From the NCBI GenBank assembly GCA_035512955.1, contig DATKCZ010000013.1, positions 305-64,304 on the forward strand: a stretch of DNA of 64,000 bases, given 5' to 3'. Below the pieces are notes generated by a model. That model was not told the DNA's origin, searched no databases, and saw nothing but the letters and a program-made list of their open reading frames with translations. Positions within the stretch are counted from its first letter, which is position 1. Every line of letters starts with the position of its first letter. The DNA comes from Acidimicrobiia bacterium. GTDB taxonomy: Bacteria; Actinomycetota; Acidimicrobiia; Spongiisociales; ZC4RG35. Below are positions 18,083-26,405 of the stretch, piece after piece. Position numbers and translations under genes: made by a program.

Positions 18083-18132
18083 GAGCCCAAACTACCCGTG
18101 ATCGGTGGGTTTCGGTCGGTATCCTGACTCGG

Positions 18133-18774
18133 GTGTCCGAGTGCTGCAACCCCTCCGGCTACCGGGACTTCTTCACTCCCAAAGAGGCTCGTCGCAACCT
18201 GCGCAAATTTGAGAAGAAGGGCCTGGACAAGATGGCCCGGCGGCTGGTCGACTATCTCACAGCCCGCGGGCTCGAGGGCCGTTCGGTGCTGGAAGTCGGT
18301 GGGGGGATCGGTGCCCTCCACCTCGAGCTGCTCGCGGCCGGGGCGTCGGGGGCAGTCAACGTCGAGCTCTCCGACGGGTACGAGGGAGCGGCGAGGGAGC
18401 TGATGGAGAGACGAGGGCTCGGGGACCGGGTGGAGAGACGTGTGGGCGACTTCGTCGAGCTCGCCGGCGAGGTCGAAGCAGACGACGTCATCATGCATCG
18501 CGTCATCTGCTGTTATCCGAACATGGAGCGGCTGATGGGAGCCGCCTTGGCGGCCAGCAAGCGATTCGTAGCGGCAACCTTTCCCGGCGATCGGGCATAC
18601 ACGCGATTGGCAATTGGGTTCGGCAACGCGTTCTGCCGGATCCGCAACGTCGACTTCCGTGGCTTCGTGCACTCTCCAGACGGCATCGTGGAGACCGCGC
18701 GGGATGGCGGGTTCGATGTGGTCTTCCGTGACGGGAACTTCTTCTGGCAAGGAGTCGTCTTCGAAAGGGCGTGA
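18133..18774 (+). CDS. Class I SAM-dependent methyltransferase
   Basis: It has SAM motif I, LEVGGGIGALHLELL, and an N-terminal CCNPSGY motif. Confidence 0.75.
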   Translation: MSECCNPSGYRDFFTPKEARRNLRKFEKKGLDKMARRLVDYLTARGLEGRSVLEVGGGIGALHLELLAAGASGAVNVELSDGYEGAARELMERRGLGDRVERRVGDFVELAGEVEADDVIMHRVICCYPNMERLMGAALAASKRFVAATFPGDRAYTRLAIGFGNAFCRIRNVDFRGFVHSPDGIVETARDGGFDVVFRDGNFFWQGVVFERA

Positions 18775-18784
18775 CCGGCCGTCC

Positions 18785-18837
18785 TCCGTTCCGTGCGGAT
18801 CTACCGCGCGTCACGCGCCGTAAACCCGCACAGAACG
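18785..18837. repeat. REP-like palindromic element, copy 1 (arms CCGTTCCGTGCGG / CCGCACAGAACGG)
   Basis: The 13-bp arms have one mismatch. The element shares the core CCGTTCYGTGCGGATCTA with the element at 44109-44161. It lies between convergent genes. Confidence 0.6.
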
Positions 18838-18861
18838 GTCCAGAGAGAGCAGACGCGAGAA

Positions 18862-18899
18862 ACCCCGAGGGAGTGAGACCGAAGTCACACCCTCTCGGG
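18862..18899. other. Strong hairpin (17-nt arms, 15 pairs counting one plus-sense G-T wobble, tetraloop)
   Basis: The arms are CCCCGAGGGAGTGAGAC and GTCACACCCTCTCGGGG around a CGAA loop. On the minus strand the loop reads C(UUCG)G. Confidence 0.55.
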
Positions 18900-19137
18900 G
18901 CTTTCGACCCGTCTGGCACTCCAGCCCGAAGGCTGGTCCGCCACACGGATACCGAAGTCGCCTCTCGGCCACTTCCGTCACGATTTGAGGTTGCCCTCAA
19001 TCCGTTAAACAGAACGTATCCGGTTGACGGCCGATTGCCAAACCGAAACGCTCATGAAATTTCGCGATCTCTGAGATTCTTCTGTGAGGAGGCGCGCGTC
19101 GACCGCGACCATCTCAGAAGATGGACCGAGCCGCGGT

Positions 19138-20697
19138 TCAGTAGTCGGTCTCGACCCCGCCCTCAGCCCGCCTTCGCTCCACGAACTCCTCCAACTCGGC
19201 TCGAACCGCAGGGTCCATCGGCGGCTCCTCGTAGCTGTCCAAGAAGACGTCGACCAGTTCGATCATCTTCCCCTTGGCCTCGGGCTTGCCGGCCTCTTCC
19301 CAGCTCTCGTAGTTGCGCCAGTCGGAGAGCAGCGGCTGATAGAAGGCGGTGCGGAAGCGCTGTAGCGTGTGGGGCGTGCCGAAGAAGTGGCCGCCGGGAC
19401 CGACGTCGCGCACCGCATCGAGGGCGAGACCGGCCTCGCTGAAGTCGATGGGGTCCATGAACTTCTGCACCATCGCGCACAGGTCTGCATCGAGGATCAT
19501 CTTCTCGAAAGAGGCACGCAGACCCCCTTCCATCCACCCCACCGCATGGAGGATCAAGTGGGCACCGCCCATCACCGCTCCCCACAATGAGAACACCGAC
19601 TCGTACGCCGCCTGAGCATCGAGGGCGTTGGCCGCGTTGACCCCCGAGGATCGATATGGCAGGCCGTACCGCCGGGTCATTTGACCGGTGATCATCGATG
19701 TCTGGATGAACTCGGGGGTCCCGAAGGCCGGCGCCCCGCTCTGCATGTCGACATTGGAGGTGAAACCCCCGTAGATCACGGGGGCCCCGGGCCGGACCAC
19801 CTGGGTGAAGACGATGCCGGCGAGCGCTTCGGCGTTGTGCTGGGCGAGCGCACCAGCCACCGTCACCGGGGCCATCGCCCCGGCGAGAGTGAACGGGGTG
19901 ATGACGATCACCTGGTTGCGCGAGCTGAACTCGATGATGCCCTGGAGCATCGGGTGGTCGTAGCGGAGCGGAGAGCTGGCGTTGATGACGCTGAGTATCG
20001 ATGGTTGCTCGTCGAGAGTCGCATCATCGACCTGACGGGCGATCTTGATCATCTCCAGGGCGTCGGTGTTCCTCTGGGCCCCCAGGCTGTATGCGTGGAT
20101 CACCCGGTCGGACAGAGTCAGCATGTCGTAGAGAGCGTCGAGGTGACGGACCGAGGCATGGATATCCACCGGCTCGACGGGATATCCGCCCCACAGGTGC
20201 ACGGTGTTGATGGTGTGCCCCAAACGGAGCAGTCTCTGGAAGTCTTCGCGGTTCCCGACCCGGCGACCCCCGGCCTCATCACTCACATTGGGCGGGCTGG
20301 ACACTGCGGTGAACGCCACCGAGCTGGCCCCCATGTGGACATTGCGTTCCGGGTTCCTGGCGTGAATCGTGAACTCCGAGGGGGCTGTCGAGATCTTCTC
20401 CTCGATGAAGTCGGGATCGAATCGAACCCGCTCGGAGTCGGGGTCGACCCGGGCACCGGCATCGGCGAGCATCCGGCGCGCCTCGGGGTTCAAGAAGTCC
20501 ATGCCGATCTCGGAGAGGATCTGGAGCGACGTCCGATGGATGGCCTCGATCTCGTCCTCACCGACGAGGTCGACGGGGTCGAATCGTCGGCTGGGCTGCT
20601 TCCACGGAGCCTGTTCGGGGACGACCCGCCCCTCGGGCCGGTCGCCACCCCGTTGCCGGCGGCCCCTGCGTCTCGGCTGTGTCTCGTCCGCCGTCAT
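19138..20697 (-). CDS. MttB-family methyltransferase, non-pyrrolysine, paralogue 2
   Basis: It has the same family blocks as 5677..7200 (ILSVINASSPLRYD, ITPFTLAGAMAPVT, SGAPAFGTPEF, HAVGWMEGGL, GPGGHFFG). There is no in-frame TAG. Confidence 0.9.
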   Translation of the reverse strand: MTADETQPRRRGRRQRGGDRPEGRVVPEQAPWKQPSRRFDPVDLVGEDEIEAIHRTSLQILSEIGMDFLNPEARRMLADAGARVDPDSERVRFDPDFIEEKISTAPSEFTIHARNPERNVHMGASSVAFTAVSSPPNVSDEAGGRRVGNREDFQRLLRLGHTINTVHLWGGYPVEPVDIHASVRHLDALYDMLTLSDRVIHAYSLGAQRNTDALEMIKIARQVDDATLDEQPSILSVINASSPLRYDHPMLQGIIEFSSRNQVIVITPFTLAGAMAPVTVAGALAQHNAEALAGIVFTQVVRPGAPVIYGGFTSNVDMQSGAPAFGTPEFIQTSMITGQMTRRYGLPYRSSGVNAANALDAQAAYESVFSLWGAVMGGAHLILHAVGWMEGGLRASFEKMILDADLCAMVQKFMDPIDFSEAGLALDAVRDVGPGGHFFGTPHTLQRFRTAFYQPLLSDWRNYESWEEAGKPEAKGKMIELVDVFLDSYEEPPMDPAVRAELEEFVERRRAEGGVETDY

Positions 20698-20793
20698 GCG
20701 CTCACCTTCGAAGGGAACCTAACAGTGCACCGCAGGGCCCGCTTTCCGTAGTGTGCCCGGTTGAGAGCAAGAAGAGCTGATGAGGAGAGCGAG

Positions 20794-21567
20794 ATGAACC
20801 GGGGATTCGGCATCGACGCCAGCGTCCCGCTGGATGTGGCCCAGGAGGCGGCCTCGTTGGTCGAGCGGGCCGGTTACGGGTCGTTCTGGGTCAACGGAAG
20901 TCCCCATGATGGCGCGTTGGACATCATCGAAGGCGCCCTGTCCCGGACCGAGCTCGACGTCGGCGTCGGGGTGTTCCCGTTGACTCACATCTCGGCCGAC
21001 GCACTGGTCGCGGAGGTCCGCAGGCGCGAGCTTCCCCAGAAACGGCTTTGGCTCGGCGTCGGCTCCGGCCGGAGACCGGGTGCCCTCGACGAAGTGCGCG
21101 AGGCGGCCCATACCTTTCGGGAGGACCTCGATGTGACCGTGGTCACCGGAGCGGTCGGGCCCAGGATGCTGGCCCTCGCCGGCGAGGTGGCCGACGCGGT
21201 CATCCTGACCTGGTCGTTCGCCACCGAGGCCGAGCGGGCCCGTGGCCTGGTGGCCGATGCTGCGGCCGCGGTAGGCCGTGACACCCCCACCGTGGTGTCC
21301 TTCGTCCGCTGTGCGCTGCTGCCCCAGGCAGAGGAGGCCGTCTCCGAGCGGGCTCGGGTCTATGACGCCATTCCTCACTACCGGGAGGTCTTCGCCCGCC
21401 ACGGCATCACCGCGGCCGACACCGTGGTCACCGGAGGGTCCCGGGCCGAGCTCCTCGAGCGGATCGAAGCCGAGGAGTCGGTGCTCGACCTCTCGGTGAT
21501 CCGCGCCATCCCGGCCGAGAGCACCGTCGAGTCACTGTCGGAGCTGGTCATCGCCTGTGCCCCGTAG
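20794..21567 (+). CDS. Luciferase-like (LLM class) flavin/F420-dependent oxidoreductase
   Basis: The ATG at 20794 follows GAGGAGAG. The protein has an LLM-like TIM-barrel pattern (YGSFWVN, LGVGSG). Confidence 0.6.
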   Translation: MNRGFGIDASVPLDVAQEAASLVERAGYGSFWVNGSPHDGALDIIEGALSRTELDVGVGVFPLTHISADALVAEVRRRELPQKRLWLGVGSGRRPGALDEVREAAHTFREDLDVTVVTGAVGPRMLALAGEVADAVILTWSFATEAERARGLVADAAAAVGRDTPTVVSFVRCALLPQAEEAVSERARVYDAIPHYREVFARHGITAADTVVTGGSRAELLERIEAEESVLDLSVIRAIPAESTVESLSELVIACAP

Positions 21568-21570
21568 CGG

Positions 21571-22008
21571 TCAGGAGGAGAGGCCGAGCCCCGTTCCGGC
21601 GTCGAAGATCACCTCTCGGATGTATGTGGAGTACGAGCGTGACGGGAGGATCAGGTAGGAGGGCACCTCTTCGTGGTCGTCTCTCACCAGTTCGGTGACG
21701 ACACCGGCGAAGAGTGTCCGGGCTGCTGCGCCGTTGGGGAACATCCCCTCACCGAGATCGAGGGCGCACACCCGGTTGATCAGCTCCGCGGCTCGCCGAC
21801 CGGTGAGCCGGAACAGAGCCCGGACGTGGGTCAGTTCGACGGACTCACCACCGGGCCGGTCACCGAGAACCGTCGACTCTCCAGGGCTCACCGACCACAT
21901 CAGATGCTCGCCCGAGCCTCGCGAGGTTCCCGGGCGTATGTCTTCGCCGGCGGAGAAGACCCTCCACTTGGATGTCGAGGAGAGGTCGGCGAAGTCGAGG
22001 TCAGCCAC
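21571..22008 (-). CDS. soxG: Sarcosine oxidase gamma subunit
   Basis: Its position after soxA, its size and its SoxG-like sequence (LTHVRALFRLTG, RTLFAGV) support the call. Confidence 0.75.
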   Translation of the reverse strand: MADLDFADLSSTSKWRVFSAGEDIRPGTSRGSGEHLMWSVSPGESTVLGDRPGGESVELTHVRALFRLTGRRAAELINRVCALDLGEGMFPNGAAARTLFAGVVTELVRDDHEEVPSYLILPSRSYSTYIREVIFDAGTGLGLSS

Positions 22009-24841
22009 GGGCTCTGGTTCCTTCCGGGTCGAAGTGGGCGTGCTCGGCGAGCACTCTGGCCGCGGCCGTCTTCCCGTTGGGAAGCCTGATCTCGATGCGG
22101 TGACCCGGTCGATCCAGGTGAGCCTCGACCTGACCCAGACATATCGAGCGTTGCAGTGTCGGGGACATCCGGCTCGAAGTGATCCGTCCCCGGATCCTCC
22201 CGTCGGAGTCGACGATCTGGCATGCCTCGAGGGGGAGAACCGTCGGGTCCTCGGTCTGAATCGCCACCAGATGGGGGTAGTTCCCGCCCTCGACCTGCCA
22301 GGCGAGCTCGGGCTTGCCGACGAAGTCGTGTTTGTCGAGGCGGATCATCGCATCGGCTCCCATCCCGAACCCTTGGGTCAGCCCGTCGGTGTCCTGTCCG
22401 ACGATGAAGTGGCCCTTCTCCAGGCGAAGGATGCGCTGTGCCTCGACACCGAACGGCCGGACTCCCAGGTCGGAGCCTTTCTCCAGCAGTTGCTCCCAGA
22501 CGCCGAGGCCGTGGCTCGACGGGATGTGGATCTCGTAGGACAGCTCACCGGTGAACCCGATTCGCCAGACGAAACAGTCGGCCACGCCGGCCACGGTGCC
22601 GGTGCGCACCTGCATGTAGCCGAATCGGTCAGAGTCGAGGTCGATGTCGGTGATGCGGCCCACCAGCTCGCGTGAGCGCGGTCCGGCGACATTGATGCTG
22701 GCGTAGCCGTCGGTGACGGCGGTCATCTTCACGTCCCATTCCGGGAAGCCGGTCTGCAGCCACTCATCGAGCCAGTTCCACACCGTTCCCGCCCCGCCCG
22801 ACGTGGTCGACATCATGTAGTGGTCTGGGGCGAGCCGCCCGGTGACGCCGTCGTCGAAGACGACCCCGTCCTCGGCACACATGATCCCGTAGCGAACCCT
22901 GCCGATCTCGAGCTTGGACCATTTGTTGACGTACACGAACTCGAGGAGCTTGGGCACGTCGCTTCCCCTGAGGTCGATCTTGCCGATGGGGCTGACGTCG
23001 ATGATCCCGACGGTCCGGCGGACCGCCCTCACCTCGCCAACCGGGTCGCCATAGTGCTCGGGGCGGATCCACTGGCCAGCAACCAGGGGGATGGCCCCGT
23101 GCTCCTCATGCCACGGTTGCATGGGTGAGTAGCGCACCGGCTCGTACTTGCGCCCGGCGAGCGTGCCCAGCCGGATCGGGGCGTAAGGCGGGCGCCAGGT
23201 GGTGGTGGAGGTCTCGAGGAGGCTGGCGTTGGTCGCCTCACCGTGCACCGCCAACGCGTTGACCGCCTCCAGCTTTCCCTGCACTGGCCCCATTCCCGCG
23301 GTGGTGTAGCGTTTGGCCAACTCCATCGTGTCGTAACCCTCTTTGGCCGCCGCGATGAGGTCTTTCGAGGTGACGTCCTCGGAGAAGTCGACGAATCCGT
23401 GGGTGGAGGAGCGGTACATCTCCGGATGGGGCTGGTGCTCCAGCACCGGGATGTCGCCGGGAGGCGACGGCGGAGGGTCGATGGCGACACCGGCAGGGGC
23501 CGCCTTCTGCCATCGAGCCCTCACGGTGAGGGCCCGACGCGCCGCTTCGGCGCCGGTGGCAGTCCCGTGGGCGATCAACTGATCGGTGGGGCCGTCTCCG
23601 ACGATCCCCCCCGTGGCCATCACATCGTCGGGCAGGTCGGCGGGGACGAAACGGGCGGCACGAGGCAGGTACACCGGACTATCCCCTGCCATGTTGAGCA
23701 GAGCCGTCGGCGAGGTCCAGCCGGTGGCGGTGACCAGCAGGTCGGCCTTCACCCGGTTGCCCCTGGAGTCGAGGACACTGTGCACCTCCTTGGTGCCTCG
23801 CGCCTCGAGGACGGTGCGGCCCTCGCGGGCATCGAGGACCGAGACCACCTCGACCGCTGCCCGCTCCAGGTCGGCCACCGCCGCGTCCCCCGAGGAGTTG
23901 GCCGTGACCACCACGGCCCGGTCCCCAGGTCTGACCGCATAGAGGTTGATGAGCCGGCGCACCGCGGTGGACAGCATCACCCCGGGCAGGTCGTTGCCCT
24001 TGAAGACATAGGGGCGCTCGAGAGTTCCCACCGCCACCACGAGACACTTGACCCGGGCCTTGACCAGACGCTCCTCCACCCCGGGAGCGTCTCGTTGCAC
24101 CACCGACACCCAATTGTGGTCGTAGCGCCCGGTCACCACGGAGTCGGTCATCACTTCGATGGCGCCGGTAGAGCCCACCTGTTCGATCAGGTCGCCGAGG
24201 GTCGCCAGCTCATCGGCTCCGCCCCAACGCAAATGACCCCCTAGCTCTGGCTCCTCCTCGACGAGGATCACCGATGCCCCCGCCTCGGCGGCGGCAATGG
24301 CGGCGGCCATCCCCGCCGGCCCGCCACCAGCCACCAGGACGTCGGGGTGGACGTGGCGATGGTCGAAGCGCCCTGACTGGTGCTCGGCGCTCACCGTGCC
24401 CCCGGCGGCGAACCGTCCCAGCACTTTCTGGTACACCGGCCAGAGCGGGCGAGGGGCCATGAACGTCTTGTAGTAGAAGCCGGGGGAGAGGAACCGGCCG
24501 ACCAGCTTGTTGGATGCCTTCACGTCGAAGTCGAGCGAGGGCCATGCGTTTTGGGCCACCACCACCATCCCCTCGGCCAGCCGCTGATGGGCCGCCCGGA
24601 CGTTGGGGTCGTCACCCACCTGGACGATGGCGTTGGGGTCGTGATAGGTGGCGGTCAACAGCCCCCGGGGGCGGTGATACTTGAAGCTCCGCGAGAGAAC
24701 ACGCACCCCGTTGGCGGCCAGGGCGGAAGCGATGGTGTCTCCGGCCAACCCGCCATACGTCGAGCCGTCCCACTGGAAGCGCACAGCCCGATTGCGGTCG
24801 ATCACCTCTCCCGGCTGGGGCCCGATGCGAAGAGAGCTCAC
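22001..24841 (-). CDS. soxA: Sarcosine oxidase alpha subunit
   Basis: Motifs are FKYHRPRGLL and the NAD/FAD site VLVAGGGPAGMAAA, followed by a C-terminal GcvT-like folate domain. The GTG at 24841 forms a GTGA overlap with soxD. Confidence 0.92.
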   Translation of the reverse strand: MSSLRIGPQPGEVIDRNRAVRFQWDGSTYGGLAGDTIASALAANGVRVLSRSFKYHRPRGLLTATYHDPNAIVQVGDDPNVRAAHQRLAEGMVVVAQNAWPSLDFDVKASNKLVGRFLSPGFYYKTFMAPRPLWPVYQKVLGRFAAGGTVSAEHQSGRFDHRHVHPDVLVAGGGPAGMAAAIAAAEAGASVILVEEEPELGGHLRWGGADELATLGDLIEQVGSTGAIEVMTDSVVTGRYDHNWVSVVQRDAPGVEERLVKARVKCLVVAVGTLERPYVFKGNDLPGVMLSTAVRRLINLYAVRPGDRAVVVTANSSGDAAVADLERAAVEVVSVLDAREGRTVLEARGTKEVHSVLDSRGNRVKADLLVTATGWTSPTALLNMAGDSPVYLPRAARFVPADLPDDVMATGGIVGDGPTDQLIAHGTATGAEAARRALTVRARWQKAAPAGVAIDPPPSPPGDIPVLEHQPHPEMYRSSTHGFVDFSEDVTSKDLIAAAKEGYDTMELAKRYTTAGMGPVQGKLEAVNALAVHGEATNASLLETSTTTWRPPYAPIRLGTLAGRKYEPVRYSPMQPWHEEHGAIPLVAGQWIRPEHYGDPVGEVRAVRRTVGIIDVSPIGKIDLRGSDVPKLLEFVYVNKWSKLEIGRVRYGIMCAEDGVVFDDGVTGRLAPDHYMMSTTSGGAGTVWNWLDEWLQTGFPEWDVKMTAVTDGYASINVAGPRSRELVGRITDIDLDSDRFGYMQVRTGTVAGVADCFVWRIGFTGELSYEIHIPSSHGLGVWEQLLEKGSDLGVRPFGVEAQRILRLEKGHFIVGQDTDGLTQGFGMGADAMIRLDKHDFVGKPELAWQVEGGNYPHLVAIQTEDPTVLPLEACQIVDSDGRIRGRITSSRMSPTLQRSICLGQVEAHLDRPGHRIEIRLPNGKTAAARVLAEHAHFDPEGTRARG

Positions 24842-25098
24842 CGGTTGTCTCCGACGAGGGCGATGCTGCGTATCTCGTTGGTGCTGCGATGTCGCTCCAA
24901 CATCAGGTAGCGCCGGCACCCGGCGAGGTGAAACCAGCGCTCGGACACCCAGCCCGAGACGTTGGCCCTCATGTAGAGGTATCGGCGCCACGTGGCGGGA
25001 TCGGTCTCCCCCACCTGGGGACGGGGACGGACCTCGCCACCGAATGTGAACTCGTCGCTGTTGCGGGGACCGCAGTTGGGGCAGATTATGACCAACAT
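24838..25098 (-). CDS. soxD: Sarcosine oxidase delta subunit
   Basis: It has the MLVIICPNCGPRNSDEFTFGGE zinc-ribbon start typical of SoxD. Confidence 0.9.
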   Translation of the reverse strand: MLVIICPNCGPRNSDEFTFGGEVRPRPQVGETDPATWRRYLYMRANVSGWVSERWFHLAGCRRYLMLERHRSTNEIRSIALVGDNR

Positions 25099-25102
25099 CT
25101 AG

Positions 25103-26359
25103 TCAGTGACCCACCGCGGCTGCGCCCTTCTCGGCCGTCAGCGTCCCTTTCTCGAAGCGCTCGAGGCCGAACGACTCGATGAGCTCGCCGGGACGCCCGC
25201 TGGCCACCATGTCGGCCACCGACTCCCCGGCCACGGGCCCGGCCTTGAAACCGTAGGTGCCCCAACCCACGTCCACATAGAACCCCTCGACGGGCGTGGG
25301 CCCGATGATGGGGCCGAAATCGGGGGTCATGTCACAGAGCCCCGCCCACTGGCGGAGAAGCCGCATGTTGGAGAGGGCCGGCATCAACTCGAGCACGTGG
25401 GTGGCCAGACCGGTGGTGAACTCGAGAGAGCCACGTGTGGAGTAGCTGGCAAAGGGGTCGACGCTGGCGCCGAAGACCAGCTCACCCCGGGCCGTCTGGC
25501 TCACGTAGGTGTGGAGGCTGCCCGAGACGATCACAGGGTGGAGGAACAGCTTCACCGGCTCGGTGACCGCCGCCTGGAGGGGGTGGGTGGTGATGGGCAG
25601 CGTCACCCCGGCCATCGCCGCCACCAGGGACGACCAGCCGGCGGTGCAGTTGATGACCGTCCCGGTCGATATTGGGCCGCGGCTGGTCTGCACCCCCGTC
25701 ACCCGTCCGCCCGCCACGTCGATGTCGGTCAGCTCGGTCTCTTGATGGATGTGGACGCCCAAGGCGTCTGCCGCCCGGGCATAGCCCCAGACCACGGCAT
25801 CGTGACGGATGATTCCCCCGGGAGGGTGCCACAGCGCACCGAGGATCGGGTAGCGGGGGTGCTCCGACACGTCGAGGAAGGGTGCGAGCTCCTTGATCGC
25901 CTCGGGGCTGATCACCGAGGAGTCGATTCCACCCAGCTTGTTGACCTCGGCCCGCCACCGCATAGTCCGCAGCGAGGAGTCACTGTGAGCCAGGGTCATG
26001 TGCCCGCGCTGTTCGAACATGACATTGAAGTTGAGATCCTCGGCCAGGCCCTCGTACAGCTTCACCGAGCGGTCGTAGAAGCGGGAGCCTTCCGGTGTCA
26101 GATAGTTGGAGCGGATGATCGCGGTGTTCCTCCCTGACCCTCCACTCCCGATGTAGCTCTTCTCCACCACGGCGATGTCGGTGATCCCGTGGTTGCGCGC
26201 CAGGTAGTAGGCGGTGGCCAGCCCGTGGACGCCCCCGCCGACGATGACCACGTCGTAGGAGCGCTGCAGGTCGTGATGGTCCCAGACCCGGGGCCACGTC
26301 GAGCGTGACATCCCGTGCCGGAACAGGCTCCACGCCGAGAATTTGGGGGTGGGCTTCAT
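25103..26359 (-). CDS. soxB: Sarcosine oxidase beta subunit
   Basis: Motifs are YDVVIVGGGVHGLATAYYLA and GRNTAIIRSNY, and the length is SoxB-like. Confidence 0.92.
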   Translation of the reverse strand: MKPTPKFSAWSLFRHGMSRSTWPRVWDHHDLQRSYDVVIVGGGVHGLATAYYLARNHGITDIAVVEKSYIGSGGSGRNTAIIRSNYLTPEGSRFYDRSVKLYEGLAEDLNFNVMFEQRGHMTLAHSDSSLRTMRWRAEVNKLGGIDSSVISPEAIKELAPFLDVSEHPRYPILGALWHPPGGIIRHDAVVWGYARAADALGVHIHQETELTDIDVAGGRVTGVQTSRGPISTGTVINCTAGWSSLVAAMAGVTLPITTHPLQAAVTEPVKLFLHPVIVSGSLHTYVSQTARGELVFGASVDPFASYSTRGSLEFTTGLATHVLELMPALSNMRLLRQWAGLCDMTPDFGPIIGPTPVEGFYVDVGWGTYGFKAGPVAGESVADMVASGRPGELIESFGLERFEKGTLTAEKGAAAVGH

Positions 26360-26405
26360 CGGCCTCTTCTCATTTGTGGGGCGACCCTAGATATGCTCGA
26401 CCCTC

